A stretch of 64,000 bases of DNA from Eledone cirrhosa (GCA_964016885.1 OZ024742.1:299894001-299958000), one strand, 5' to 3'; shown: positions 11,612 to 25,000, numbered from the stretch's first letter. Notes: generated by a model not told the origin, from the letters alone. Translations and numbers: made by a program.

Positions 11612-13875
11612 GAGGTGTTCAGGATTGCTAGGCAATGTGTCAAGGAAAACCGTGATATTGTCGGGGAGAAGTGTGTACTTAATGATGACGGCGTACTTGC
11701 CATCACCGACGCTGATAAGAATGTAGCTTGGAAGTGTCACTATGAAAGGCTACTAAATGAGGAGAATAAATGGGAGAAAGACAGTCTCCCCCACATCGAC
11801 CCAATAGAGGGACCAGCAGTGTTAGTCGAGGGTAGTATAATAAGTAAGGCAATCAAGGATATGAAAACGGGTAAGGCGGCTGGGCCTTCGGAAATAGTTG
11901 CTGAGATGCTGAAGGCATCTGGCACGGTGGGACACACCATGGTCACCCGGATAGTTAACCAAGTCGTACAGAATGGGGTTGTTCCGAAGGACTGGCGTAG
12001 CAGCATCATCGTTAACTGTTATAATGGTAAAGGAGATGCCCTAGATAGGAGTAACTATAGAGGCATTAAATTAATCGACCAGGTCATGAAGGTCACGGAA
12101 AAAGTAATAAAGCAACTAATCAGAGAGAGAATTGACCTCGATGAAATGCAGTTCGGGTTTGTGTCAGGCAAAAGTACCACAGACGCTCTTTTCATTGTAC
12201 GACAACTACAGAAGCAGTACCTAGCTAAAAGTAAACCCTTAGACTTAGCTTTTGTCGACTTAGAGAAAGCCTTCGACAGAGTCCCCCGTTCCATTATCTG
12301 GTGGGCTCTTAGAAAACTAGGTGTTGACGAATGGCTTGTGAGAGCTATACAAGCCATGTATAAAGAAACAGTCAGCAAGGTTAGAATTAACAACGAATAT
12401 AGTGAAGAGTTTAGCGTAAAAGTTGGCGTCCATCAGGGCTCTGTTCTCAGCCCCCTACTATTTATTATTGCCCTTCAAGCTATAACAGAGGAGTTCAAGA
12501 CCGGCTGCCCATGGGAACTCCTATGCGCAGATAACCTAACACTCATAGCTGAATCAATGGCTGAGCTAGAGAAGAAATTCCAAACATGGAAGCACGGCCT
12601 AGAATCAAAAGGCCTTAAAATTAACCTGGCTAAGACCAAAGTTCTAGTTTGTAGGAAAGAAAATAAGGCGGCGGTCCTTTCCGGGAAGTGGCCATGCTCA
12701 GTATGTAGGAAAGGCGTAGGTAGAAAATCCATTTTGTGTCCCAAATGCAAAGTATGGGTGCATAAAAGATGTAGTGGGATCACAGGTAAGCTAACTAAGA
12801 ACATAGATTTTACATGTGGCCGGTGCTCTGGTGCAATAAGTAGCAGCAAGTGCCCACAAAATACTAGCTCTTTCAACTGCACAGAGGGTTCTATAGAAAT
12901 AGTGGACAGCTTCCGTTACCTGGGTGACAAAATCAGCAGTGGGGAGGGTGCTCTGAAAGTACAGTAGCTAGAGTCAGAACTGGATGGAAAAAGTTCAGAG
13001 AGCTTATACCACTATTAGTCGCTAAAGGGTTCTCCCTAAAAATGAAAGGCAGGTTGTATGATGCCTGCATACGAACAGCAATGTTGCATGGCAGTGAGAC
13101 CTGGGCATTGTGTGCAGAGGATATACGCAGACTAGAGAAGAACGAAGCTTGCATGCTCCGCTGGATGTGTAATAGTAACATACGTGAACGGCTAAGCATA
13201 AACGAACTAAGGAAAAAATTAGAAATAAGAGGGATCAGATGTTGTTTACTCGAGAGAAGGCTACGTTGGTATGGTCACGTGATGCGCATGAAAGACGATA
13301 GCTGTATAACAAAGTGCAGGGCAATAAAGATAGACGGTAGCCACGGAGTAGGCAGACCCAGAAAAACTTGGGACGAGCTGATAAATTCTGACCTCACACA
13401 CTTACACCTCTCCAAGACAATGTCACTGGACTGAGACCTATGGCGGTACTCAGTAATAGAGAAGACCCGCCTTACCTAAATACAAAGTAAAACCTAATAC
13501 TGTCAGTAGGCATCTCTAACAAAATACACCCCCGTCCCACCACCCCCACTCCATCCACACCGCCCCTTTCAATGTAAAGTTATGTTGGTGCCACAACATC
13601 CAGGCCGAAACAAATGAGATCGTGTAGGTGTCACGACAAAAAAACACACAGTCCACGCTGTAATGTGGCCGTGTAGGCAACACGGTAAAAACCTCCCAGA
13701 CCCACACTGTATATGTGGTTGGTGTTAGGAAGGGCATCCAACTGTAGAAAACCTGCCAGACAGTCCTATGCGAGCAAGACAACACTCTTGCCTCAAGTGG
13801 GAAAACCCCCGTCCAAACCCATGCAAGCGTGGAAAACAGACGTTAAACGTTGATGATGATGATGATGATGATGAT
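11612..13875 (+). mobile_element. 5'-truncated RTE-clade LINE (RT domain) in aquaporin intron 1, inactivated
   Basis: 450-aa ORF with YRGIKL, FVDLEKAFD and GVHQGSVLSP. YADD is mutated to CADN; frameshift near 12945; 3' UTR and (GAT)n tail. Confidence 0.95.
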
Positions 13876-14433
13876 GTCAGCCACTGAATTATGATGAAAA
13901 ATAAGGTTCTGTTAGAAGTAAACAACACCTGTTTTGATAATGAGTGACCTCTCCATTATTGAGAATGAGTGAAGCATACCTCCTCACAAGAGTTCAGATG
14001 GTAAAGTGGGCACCAAGTTTTAGGAGTGATACAATCCACTGGTGCCTTATCAAAAAGGTAAGGCTGTGTGTGATGTTAATGTGTATGAACAATGAAGCAT
14101 GGATGAACTGAGAGAAAAACTGGGCATGAGAGGAACAGTTATAGTGTACAGGAGAGGAGAAGATGCACTAGTAGGGACGTATAATATGTTTGAATAATGA
14201 TCAGTGGATGAAGAAGTAGATGGTATTCTCAGAAGAAAAAGACCTCATAGAGAAAAGAATTGAATGGAGAGAACTCATCTAACCTATGCAAGTATGGAAA
14301 AACATAGGTAAAAAAGATGATGATGATGATGGTGGTGGTGGTGATGATGATGATGACGGTTGTGCCTATATAAGAACTCAATATTGTACAAATTTATGTT
14401 AGTGTGTTGAGATAGAACCCTTTAAACACTTAC

Positions 14434-14655
14434 CTCAATCAAAGAAGGTGTGCTCTCTTTGTTCCATTGGGTACATGATCCACAGCCCATAAGGACCAAT
14501 AATGCTGAACCGATGAATTCAGCAACATTTGCCCTCCAGAAACGTAATGATTGAATATCATCCAGACTGGTTACCATCCTGGATTTCCTCAAACAATTCT
14601 GTCCAATTTTCTTATATTTTAAAGACTTCAATCTTGAATTTGGCGAAGTCTTCAT
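14434..14655 (-). CDS. AQP4-like aquaporin exon 1 (TM1; FWRANVAEFIGS)
   Basis: ATG at 14655, second in-frame ATG at 14577, MIP-family AEF motif, gtaagt donor, phase 0. Confidence 0.88.
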
Positions 14656-16106
14656 ATAGGTGAAATCGAAATTTAGAAGAGAGAGAGATATAAGACTTTC
14701 CTTGTACTAGTTTTGTCTTTATTCTGAACAGAAGCAAATGTTATCGCTCTTTCATTGGTCCTTTTAAGTTTCAGGCTATATTTAATATTTAACAAATATA
14801 TTAATTAAACATATTGAGTAATTGTTTTAATATATCAGGTAAATTAACCTTTATTTTTCATATTTCACAATGAAAAGTAACCTCATTTGTTATTTGTTCA
14901 TACACAGATTCTGACAGGATGGCTGGAGACATTTATATAGCATATCTGTGTTGAGAACAATTTAAACAAGGTGTTTGTTTAGTGCCTTAAGTAAATCTTT
15001 TAATGTAATATTCTGTAACTATTGACCTAACAAGAGTGAAAAAGGCCAAGACAATATGACAAGTTATATAACTCTCCATCATATAATGAATCAGTGTCTT
15101 TAGCTATTATATACACATAAAATTGATTTTTATATATCGCCAATCATTAATATAAGAATACAAGTCATTATTTGTTCTCAACAAACAACTAAACCTTTGT
15201 GTTTCATATGTCAGCATTTTGATATTTCTAAAAGGTTAATCTTGAAAATATATATGAGACAACCAACTAAATATATACAACTATTTTCATTCACAACTAG
15301 CACAATCTGATGAATCTCCATTGAGATGAAACTGATCAGTATCAGTATCTTTGAGACATTGTACCTTCTGTAGCATTAATAAAAATATATATTCTACTTA
15401 GGTACAGACATGACTTTACTTTATGGTTGAGTTTTCTTTGCAACTAAGTACCACTTTGGATAAGTGTCTTCTGATAAATGTGAAATTTAGTAAACAGAAA
15501 TTCCAGAAGCCCCTTATATATATCTGTGTGTGAGTTTACTTCTGTCTTTGTGGTTATGTCCCATAATCAAGTAGTTTGACAAAAAGAGATTGATAAAGTA
15601 AGTGCTGGGGTTGATATAATCAGTGAAATACCTCAAAACTGTAGGCATTACTAATAATTGTTTCTACTTTGGGCACAAGGCCAGCAATTATCTCAGTGTA
15701 TTACTGGTACTTTATTTTATCGACCCTGTAAGGATGAAAGGCAAAGTTAACCTTGGTGGGATATATATATAACCGAGTGAGAAGCTTCAATGTGCATATT
15801 TTTCATTTTTTTTTTTAATTATTTATTAGATTAATTTTCATAGTAAAAAAAAAATATGTGCATTGAAGCTTCTAATTCTAGGTTAATTTTCAGTAGATCA
15901 TATCTATATATATATATATATATATCTATATATCTATATATATATAGTAGGTGATGGGGGTGCAACTTTGATACTGTGCTCCTAATATTCAATTTCAATT
16001 ACTTTCATTTAAGTTTTATAATGATAGAGAGCTAACATTGTCTTCATACATAATCTACTTTAAAAATTGTTCTAAAATATAATCAGTAGAGTTTCTCAAA
16101 ACAATG

Positions 16107-16108
<2 letters not shown>

Positions 16109-16142
<34 letters not shown>

Positions 16143-17777
16143 ACGTTTAACGTCCGTGTTCCACGCTTGCATGGGTTTGGACGGGGGTTTTCCCACTTGA
16201 GGCAAGAGTGGTTGTCTTGCTCGCATAGGACTGTCTGGCGGGTTTTCTACAGCTGGATGCCCTTCCTAACACCAACCACATTTACAGTGTGGGGCTGGGA
16301 GGTTTTTACCGTGTTGCCTACACGGCCACATTTACAGCGTGGACTGTGTGTTTTTTTGTCGTGACACCTACACGATCTCATTTGTTTCGGCCTGGATGTT
16401 GTGGCACCAACATAACTTTACATTGAAAGGGGCGGTGTGGATGGGGTGGGGGTGGTGGAACGGGGGTGTGTTTTGTTAGAGATGCCTACTGACTGTAGTA
16501 GGTTTTACTTTGTATTTAGGTAAGGCGGGTCTTCTCTATTACTGAGTACCGCCAAAGGTCTCGGTCCAGTGACATTGTCTTGGAGAGGTGTAAGCGTGTG
16601 AGGTCGGAATTTATCAGCTCGTCCCAGGTTTTTCTGGGTCTGCCTACTCCGTGGCTACCGTCTATCTTTATTGCCCTGCACTTTGTTATACAGCTGTCGT
16701 CTTTCATGCGCATCACGTGACCATACCAACGTAGCCTTCTCTTGAGTAAACAGCATCTGATCCCTCTTATTTCTAATTTTTTCTTTAGTTCGTTTATGCT
16801 TAGCCGTTCACGTATATTACTATTACACATCCAGTGGAGCATGCAAGCTTCGTTCCTCTCTAGTCTGCGTATATCCTCTGCACACAATGCCCAGGTCTCA
16901 CTGCCATGCAGCATTGCTGTTCGTATGCAGGCATCGTATAACCTGCCTTTCATTTTTAGGGAGAACCCTTTAGCGGCTAATAGTGGTATAAGCTCTCTGA
17001 ACTTTTTCCATCCAGTTCTGACTCTAGCTACTGTACTTTCAGAGCACCCGACCCCACTGCTGATTTTGTCACCCAGGTAACGGAAGCTGTCCACTATTTC
17101 TATAGAACCCTCTGCGCAATTGAAAGAGCTAGTATTTTGTGGGTACTACTGCAACTTATTGCACCAGAGCACCGTCCACATGTAAAATCTATGTTCTTAG
17201 TTAGCTTACCTGTGATCCCACTACATCTTTTATGCACCCATACTTTGCATTTGGGACATAAAATGGAGTTTCTACCTACGCCTTTCCTACACACTGAGCA
17301 TGGCCATTTCCCGGAAGGGACCACCGCCTTATTTTCTTTCCTACAAACTAGAACTTTAGTCTTAGCCAGGTTAATTTTAAGGCCTTTTGATTCTAGGCCG
17401 TGCTTCAATGTTTGGAATTTCTTCTCTAGCTCGGTCATTGATTCAGCTATGAGCGTTAGATCATCTGCGTATAGGAGTTACCATGGGCATCCGGTCTTGA
17501 ACTCCTCTGTTATAGCCTGAAGGGCAATAATAAATAGTAGGGGGCTAAGAACGGAGCCCTGATGAACACCAACTTTTACGCTAAACTCTTCACTATATTC
17601 GTTGTTAATTTTAACCTTGCTGACTGTTTCTTTATACATGGCTTGTATAGCTCTCACAAGCCATTCGTCAACACCTAGTTTTCTAAGAGCCCACCCGATA
17701 ATGGAACGGGGGACTCTGTCGAAGGCTTTCTCCAAGTCAACAAAGGCTAAGTATAGGGGTTTACTTTTAGCTAGGTA
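16109..17777 (-). mobile_element. 5'-truncated RTE-clade LINE, same family as 11612-13875, inverted
   Basis: Reverse complement of 12218-13875 with scattered substitutions. YADDL retained but an in-frame stop and a frameshift are present; (GAT)n tail. Confidence 0.95.
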
Positions 17778-19110
17778 AGTCAAATATTCCCATCATATGT
17801 CATCTTCCTGTTAGATATTAAGCTTTGAATTCTTTGTTTAGCTACTGAACAATCCCAAGTTTAATTATATATTTTTAAGTCTACTTTTCCATGTTGGCAT
17901 GGATCGGACAGATTAGTATAAACCAAGTCGACACTTAATCAGAGTTACTGTTTTCCTAGAAGGGTCTGAGGTCAATGTCTCACATATATTCCAGTTTTTG
18001 GCAGGCTTTATATGTTTGCATCATCATCATCATCATCATCATCATCATTTAACGTCTATCTTCCACGCTAGCATGGGTTAGACGGGAAATTGTCCCACTT
18101 GAGGCAAGATTGATTGGGTGACCATGTCTCGCTCAAATAGGATTGTATCTGATTTTCTACAGCTGGATGGTCTTCTTAACACCAAGCATGGACTTCCTAA
18201 TGTCAACCATTGTACAGAGTGTAGTGAGTGCACTACGGTTGTTATCATGTCCTTGACATGACTGAAGAGTCATCTTAACCATTATCTATTCATTTTATTT
18301 TGCAATTATATCAACATCATAACTTTGGTATTTTTTAGATTGGACCAAAGAGTTGAAACAATGGACAGACAGCCTTTTTGAGGCAGTGTTTTACAACCAG
18401 AGGTCTCAAACTCAAGGAATCAAAGGAGTCATTATACATGGTTGACCGAAACTAAGATGAAAGTGTTGAATGTGGATTTCCTCCAGTTTTTTAATGCTAA
18501 TCTGCAATACACCTAATAGGCTGGTATTTATTTTTTTCCCATCAAAATAAATATGCATGTTTGAATTAGTACATGTAGAAAGACAAATTTTCCATTTCAA
18601 ATTTTCCTTAATTCCGTTTTTACTCTTGTGTCTCGAATAATCTTTCCCTAGCTTATTAATTTTTCAGATCCACCCGCACCCCGCTCTTATTCCACACACC
18701 CCACTTATTAAATGTTGCTAATCTATCTCCAGTGAAATTTTATTTTAAATGGCAGCATTCCTGTGGCAATTAATTTTCTTTAGACATTAAAAACATTATA
18801 CATGACGAAAAAGTACATTGCTAAAAATCCCATACATTATAAAATAAAAAGGATCGATTGGGGTCGAACGGCTAATTCTGGGTTTTAAAAAAATCAACGG
18901 AGACAAACTGGAAAAATCACCGTTATATTTGTGAGGTTCCGAGCAATAGTTAATTGTATTTATTATATGTGTTTATATATTCATTCTGAAAGAATTGTGA
19001 ACAATTTGAAATGTCATTTATATCAGCGGTCGCCAACCGGTGATCCGATAGAAAATTTTGGTTGTCCGCAGAAAAATTTGGACATTATTTGCAATTTTTA
19101 TAATTTATTA

Positions 19111-19302
19111 ATAATTGTTTCTACTTTTGGCACAAGGCCAGCAATTAAATCAGTGCATTACTGGTACTTTATTTTATCGACCCCATAAGGATGAAAGGCA
19201 AAGTTAACCTCGGCGGGATTTGAACAAAGACCGTAAAGGAACGTAACTATGCTGGAAAGCATGGCGTTCGACCCTCTACCGATACTGCCAATCCACCGCC
19301 CG
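19111..19302 (-). mobile_element. SINE family B
   Basis: Full reverse-complement copy of the family B consensus. Confidence 0.85.
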
Positions 19303-19313
19303 TTTATAATTTA

Positions 19314-20180
19314 CTAGCAGTAAAGCCCGGCGTTGCTCGGGGTCGCTCAGTAGCTGTGTTAAAGTTACAATGTTAAGTTTCTTTTTTGGCTTAAAAACTG
19401 TAGTGTCTACTGTGCAGACTTGCATGTGGTGTTTTTGATTAATATTCCCTCAACCAACAATATGCCTTATGAAGTTAAGAAAACATAACGATAACCCGAA
19501 TGTTATAACAAAATAGGATGCTGGGGATAAAAACTGCACTGGTTATGGTTATTTATTAACAAAGATCGAAAATGTAAACACTGCAACGCAGAGAAAAACA
19601 TTAGCGTAACCAAATTATCAGTTATGTCTGTCTGCACGCCTATATCACCTCTCTGCACGACTGTCTGTCTGCACGCCTATATCACCTCTCTGCACGACTG
19701 TCTGTCTGCACGACTGTCTGTCTGCACGCCTAACGACGAAATATTTGCTTGTTTTACGTAGTCTTTAAATAGACTTGTTTTCAAGTAAAAATATTGTTTT
19801 AAAATGCTTTTAAATGGAAATGAAGCAAAACGGAAGTTTAGTGTTCGAACTGATGAATTTTGCAGGTCAATATTTTGCTGGCTCGACAACTGTTAATGTC
19901 ATTTTAAACGCTGAGAAAGCCAGCGTAATTTTTTACGTAAGACGCTCAATGTAAACAGAACAAAGGGAAATAACTGATCACTTACGCTCAAAAATCGATA
20001 CATTATATTCGATTTCGTCACATAGGGTGGGTCAATTTGAAATTTTTTTTTTCCGATGTCTTCGCTAGGGCTCAATGTACAAGTATAGCAATTTCGGTGC
20101 AATTCCGTGAGAGATTCTAAGAGGAGATGTGTGCCAAAAATCGATAGACAGACAGACAACCACAGTTTTATATATATAGA
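19314..20180 (-). mobile_element. Non-autonomous Helitron
   Basis: Minus strand: A|TCTATATATATAAAA 5' end, (CTGT)n, 3' hairpin cccgagcaacgccggg, then CTAG|T; no TSD. Confidence 0.8.
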
Positions 20181-20342
20181 TTAATAATAAAACAAAAATA
20201 ATATTAGGTGAAAACATATTTTATAACACCCCTAAAAAGTGTTTCTCCTCTATAAAGAACTAACAACTATGAAATAATTTTACACATATGTATCATCTAT
20301 CGACAATATGACGTACGTACGCTACAGTATTATTTAATAAAA

Positions 20343-20535
20343 TGGGCGGTGGATTGGCAGTATCGGTAGAGGGTCGGACGCCATGCTTTGACGCATAGAG
20401 TTACGGCCCTTGCCATTCTGAGTTCAAATCCCGCCGAGGTTAACTTTGCCTTTCATCCTTACGGGGTCGATAAAATAAAGTACCAGTAATGCACTGGGTA
20501 ATTGCTGGTCTTGTGCCAAAAGTAGAAACAATTAT
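20343..20535 (+). mobile_element. SINE family B, full length
   Basis: gggcggtggattggcagtatc...agaaacaattatt. Further copies near 22085, 24450, 32707, 43057, 43756 (17-bp TSD), 45085 (19-bp TSD), 55828, 57335 and 57840. Confidence 0.88.
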
Positions 20536-21789
20536 TTTACAAATGTATTTATCTTTTGAAAAAATTAATATTAGTGGTCCACGGGATTTAAAATTATGAA
20601 TTTATTGGCTTGTGAGGTCTGAAAGGTTTGTGATCGTTGATTTACATAACTGAATAAAATTTAATATAGGAGAAACAAAACAAACAAACAAACAAAAAGA
20701 AAGAAAAGAAAAGGAATTCAGCCACAGAAGTTGACAGAAAAGGGACTGAAAAAATTTGAGAGTTGTTTCCCTTACATAAACTGTATTGCCAGCGAGATTG
20801 ATTTCTACCTTGCTAGAAATAGCCAACAGGTTTTTCATATAGTTACACCCAACCAAATCTTTATATAAACACACATATATCTCATGAAAATGTCTCTTGG
20901 GTAGTAAACAGTTTTATTTTCCTCATTACAGAGGTCACAAATAATAGGGAAGGTCGTTGATTTAAAAAAAAAAACAGAATTAGTCGTTTAGTTTACATAT
21001 TGAGACCCCGAACCCATCCTATTTATTTTCTAACGTATGGGATTTCTAGTAATGTACTTTTTGTCATGTATAATGTTTTTTTTTAAATTTCGCCGGAGAT
21101 AGATTAGCAAAATTTAATAAACGAAGTGCAGGGCTGGAATAGGAGCGAAAGGTGGGTGGAAAAAATCTGAAAAATGAATAAGCGAGGAGAGGGGACGATA
21201 TCTATACATTTAGATATCATAGATATACCCTAACTACATACACGACTACCTCACGATAACAATTCCGGTGAAAAAAAAATGAGATATTTAGACCAACTTC
21301 ATTATTAGACTTAAATGAATTTAGATTTTAGTATTTAGTTTTTGTTAGAACAATGATTAAAGTTTACTGTCAAGACATAGGCCTACATAACACTGAGTTT
21401 CAAATCTCACATTACTCTTTTTAAATGTTTTTTTTTCTATCTCTAACGATAAGTGGGAAGGGGGGATTAATTTGTATTTGTTGAATTACCACTTAAAATT
21501 TTATTTTCAAATCTAGTATTACCACATCTACAAGTAAAGCACGCACGCGCGACGGTATACCCCCAATTCAAGTGGGAGAAGAGTTTCAGTCAATATCAAT
21601 CTGGGGGATCATTTTCATTGTTTTCAATGTACAAAAATAATTTAATACAATTTATGCAAGTGCAGAATATAAAAACATTCAGTTATGGTAGGAAATATGC
21701 TATTTTTCGTGTTCATTTTATGAGCTTATTCTTCTGTGCTGGTTCAATGCATGTTGGAAGAGAGCGTTTGTCCGGTAACGCAAAAACCA

Positions 21790-22075
21790 GTGTTTTTTAT
21801 CGTGACACCATCACTAGGTGGGCTGTCAACCAAGACTCAGAGAGACTCCACCCACCTTCATTAAGAGAGACTATCCTGCGCGAGATCTTAGCTTGGTACT
21901 TTAACCTCGTGTCTGGAAGAAAAGTTGGCTGTTAAGAGAAGCAGAGGCCGGCAGCCAAAACAATGGCTTGATAATGTCAACATATGGACTGGACTTGATC
22001 TTTGCTCTTTAAACTCTGCTGCTGGTGATCGAACTTTGTGGAGAAAAATATCTCATGTTGATGTGCAGTGTAGTA
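21790..22075 (+). mobile_element. Decayed RTE-clade LINE 3' fragment (third family)
   Basis: Translates to KRSRGRQPKQWLDNVNIWTGL...AAGDRTLWR. Confidence 0.65.
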
Positions 22076-25000
22076 TTTAATCAGCACAGTGATGGTAGTA
22101 TGGTACTGTATCAATATTATAGCGTTGGACCATATGCTTTGCGGTATAGAGTTACGGCCCTTTACGTTCTGGGTTCAAATCCCGCCGAGGTTAGCTTTGC
22201 CTTTCATCCTTACATAATAAAGTACCCGTAACGAACTGAGGTCGATTTAATCAACTTTCCCCTCACCAAAAATTGTCAGCCTTGTGCCTAAATCAGAAAT
22301 CATTATTTAAACCCCCTTCCTCCTAGTTTCTGACTTTACCTATATTAGAAACCATTGTTTGGTTCCTTAAGCCGGGAGTTCACTCTGTGTTGGGGGAGGG
22401 GGTATTTAACGACTGCCTGCATATTGGTTCTAATTTACTAAGCAATTATTTTCCGTTGACCCTTATGCTCTGCGGTCAATTGTCGCACTTGGCTGTGAAC
22501 TGATGGTTGCTTTGGTTCGTTTGTTTTGTTTTTCTTTCCTTTTCCTTTTCTCTCGCTTTGATCATATATTTTTGTTCATTATATTTGTGAGCTTCCTAAC
22601 AACAATTAATTGTATTTAATAGATGTATTTAAACATTTTTTTTTTTTTTTCTTGTCCGTCAAATCCGAAATCAGTTACATAAGTTAAAACGAGGGTTTCT
22701 TGCACCAGTAATGCACTGGGTTGATTTAATTGACTTGTCCCTCCCATCTAAAATAGTTGGCCTTGTGTCTAAATCAGAAACTATTATATACCTGAAGTCA
22801 ATTCTCGCAAAGTTTACTCGCAATACTAAGGATGACCAGGTCATTCAGTCTTTGTGTCATAGTGCTTCTTAAGAAGCTCTTGAACTTTATTTATATTTTT
22901 GAAAGATCTCTCAGTAGATGCTACTGTAACTGGCAACGTATAGAATATTCGCAGCGCAGTTTGGGAAATGTCATTGGGTAATTGTTAAAAATGATGCGTA
23001 ATACCTGTATGATAGCATACAGATCTAGTATTTAGGGCCTCTGAGAGAAGGCTTGCAAAGCAGAGCACTGCTTTTGGGATCCAGAGGGGGAGGGATCAAA
23101 ATTTAAAAGCGGCATAAATTTTTGTTGTTGTTGTTTGTTTGTTTTTTGGGGGTGGGGAGTGGGGGCATAGATGGTGTTTTTTTATTTTTTATTAAACTAT
23201 GGCCCTGGCTTCTTTTAACGGGTCTTTATTATAGGGTATTATTTCCAGGTTTTGGAGCGTGTCTGCAAAAGACTAGTTGGCTGGCTGGTTAGCAAAATGG
23301 TTAGCTATCTCGCTAGTTTGTTGGTCGACTGTACTTGTTGCTCTTGCTCGTCTTATTATTGTCAGCTTGTTAACTGATGATGGTGGTAGTGGTGGTGGTG
23401 GTAGTGGTGCGTTATTGTTACAGCGGCAGGGAGGATTATTGTTGTTGTTGTTTAGAGAACGACATTTCTTTTCAGTAATTTCTGCAGAAATTTTTGAAAT
23501 AGAAATAGAAAAAGGCGACTAAATCCTTGCAAACTTGGGCTTTCTAGAGAAGCCATAGCAAAAGACTGATGTATTTTTGTAAGCTCAAAAGTGCTTAAAA
23601 TATCAAAACATTAGGACCTACATGGAGGCGCAATAAAACACGCATATTTAATTCAACAATAAATAATAATAATAAATAATAATGTAAATCATCCGTTGAT
23701 CATCGAGCAACCTAAATGCTTGACTAATATTACCATCAGTTAAGTTGCGAATGTAATCTCTTAAGGCCAGTGCCAAAAGCAAAAACACATCTAATCCATT
23801 CTTAATTCGAATTAAATCAAACCAAAAAGAAAAAAAAAAAATACGAAAACACCCAAATGACTGAATGTATAACAACAATTCAAAAGAGGAACTAATCCAA
23901 ACTGAAAATAGCAATAGAGAGAAGAAAAAGAAAAGAACAATGTCTTCCTTTAACAAACAAACACCGCTTTGTTGATTAAATTGCAATTGGAAAAGATAAC
24001 GTGGTTTCATTACAAATTGAAACTATCGATTCGATTCGGTGAAATATATGGGAATACGGGACATTATTACTGAATTCTGTGATTGAAGAATCTTTTACTC
24101 TTTTACTGGTTTCAGTCGTTAAACAAGGGCCATGCTGGGGCATCGCCTTGAACGGATTTGGTCAATCATATTGTCATATCAGTCTCAGTATTTATACTTT
24201 TCAAGTTTTATACCTACTTCTTTCTGTTTTATTCAAACCGCTAAAATGATCACACACCCCACCCTCATACACTCACGCGCGCGCGCGCGCGTCTGTTTTT
24301 AAGAGGGTTTGATGTATTAATAGTTTGAGGAAGATTTAGCTGTTCTGTTCAGATGGTCGAGTGTTTTGTTCGTCTAACTGTTGTATTGAATTTAGATAAC
24401 GGTCCGTTACTTCAACCACCGCCACGATAACTATCAACACCGTTAATTATTTCTGATTTAGGCATATTATATCGAGACCAGAGCTTGACTGGGATATTAT
24501 TTTATTGACCCCAGAAGGATGAAAAGCAAAGTTGATCTCGGTGGGATTTGGATATAAATGTCCGTAACTAAATTCCGCAAAGAATTTTGTCTGGAACTCT
24601 AACAATTCTGCCAATTCACCACATCCAACCACAGCAAAGGCACAATAGTTATCTCGTGAGCTGCAATGACTCTTCCAACGCGTCTCCCTCGCCATCTTCT
24701 GGGGAAACTCATTCTCTATATTATGTCAGCCGGGGTCGCGTGGCTGCCAGCGCGTGGGTTCCCGTTCGCTTGTAATAGTGAGAGATGGGGAGAGCGAGAG
24801 AGACGGTGGCAGTGGGAGAAAGAGAGAGAATATCAATGCACACACGCACTTGAAAAGACAAAGATAGATGTTATATTGAGAGAGACTTTACGTTCGACCA
24901 TGTTGTGTCCACATGTTATAACGTCTGTCAGAACAATATAGGGTTTATTGATTCGTTACAATTACAAAATGGCTTAATGTTTTTGGGGGTTTTTTTCTCT

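Larger units (their letters stand above)
19024..20639. mobile_element. Old hAT-type MITE with nested insertions
   Basis: Imperfect TIRs cagcggtcgccaacc / ggtttgtgatcgttg; 8-bp TSD atttatat / atttacat. Confidence 0.6.

Noticed and set aside
23277-23522. Signal-peptide-like hydrophobic ORF
   Set aside because: Non-ATG start, built from low-complexity GT-rich repeats, and no splice support.
24447-24695. Possible first coding exon MARETRWKSH...
   Set aside because: It runs into a SINE B head, the apparent donor lies in the SINE, and I recognise no homology.
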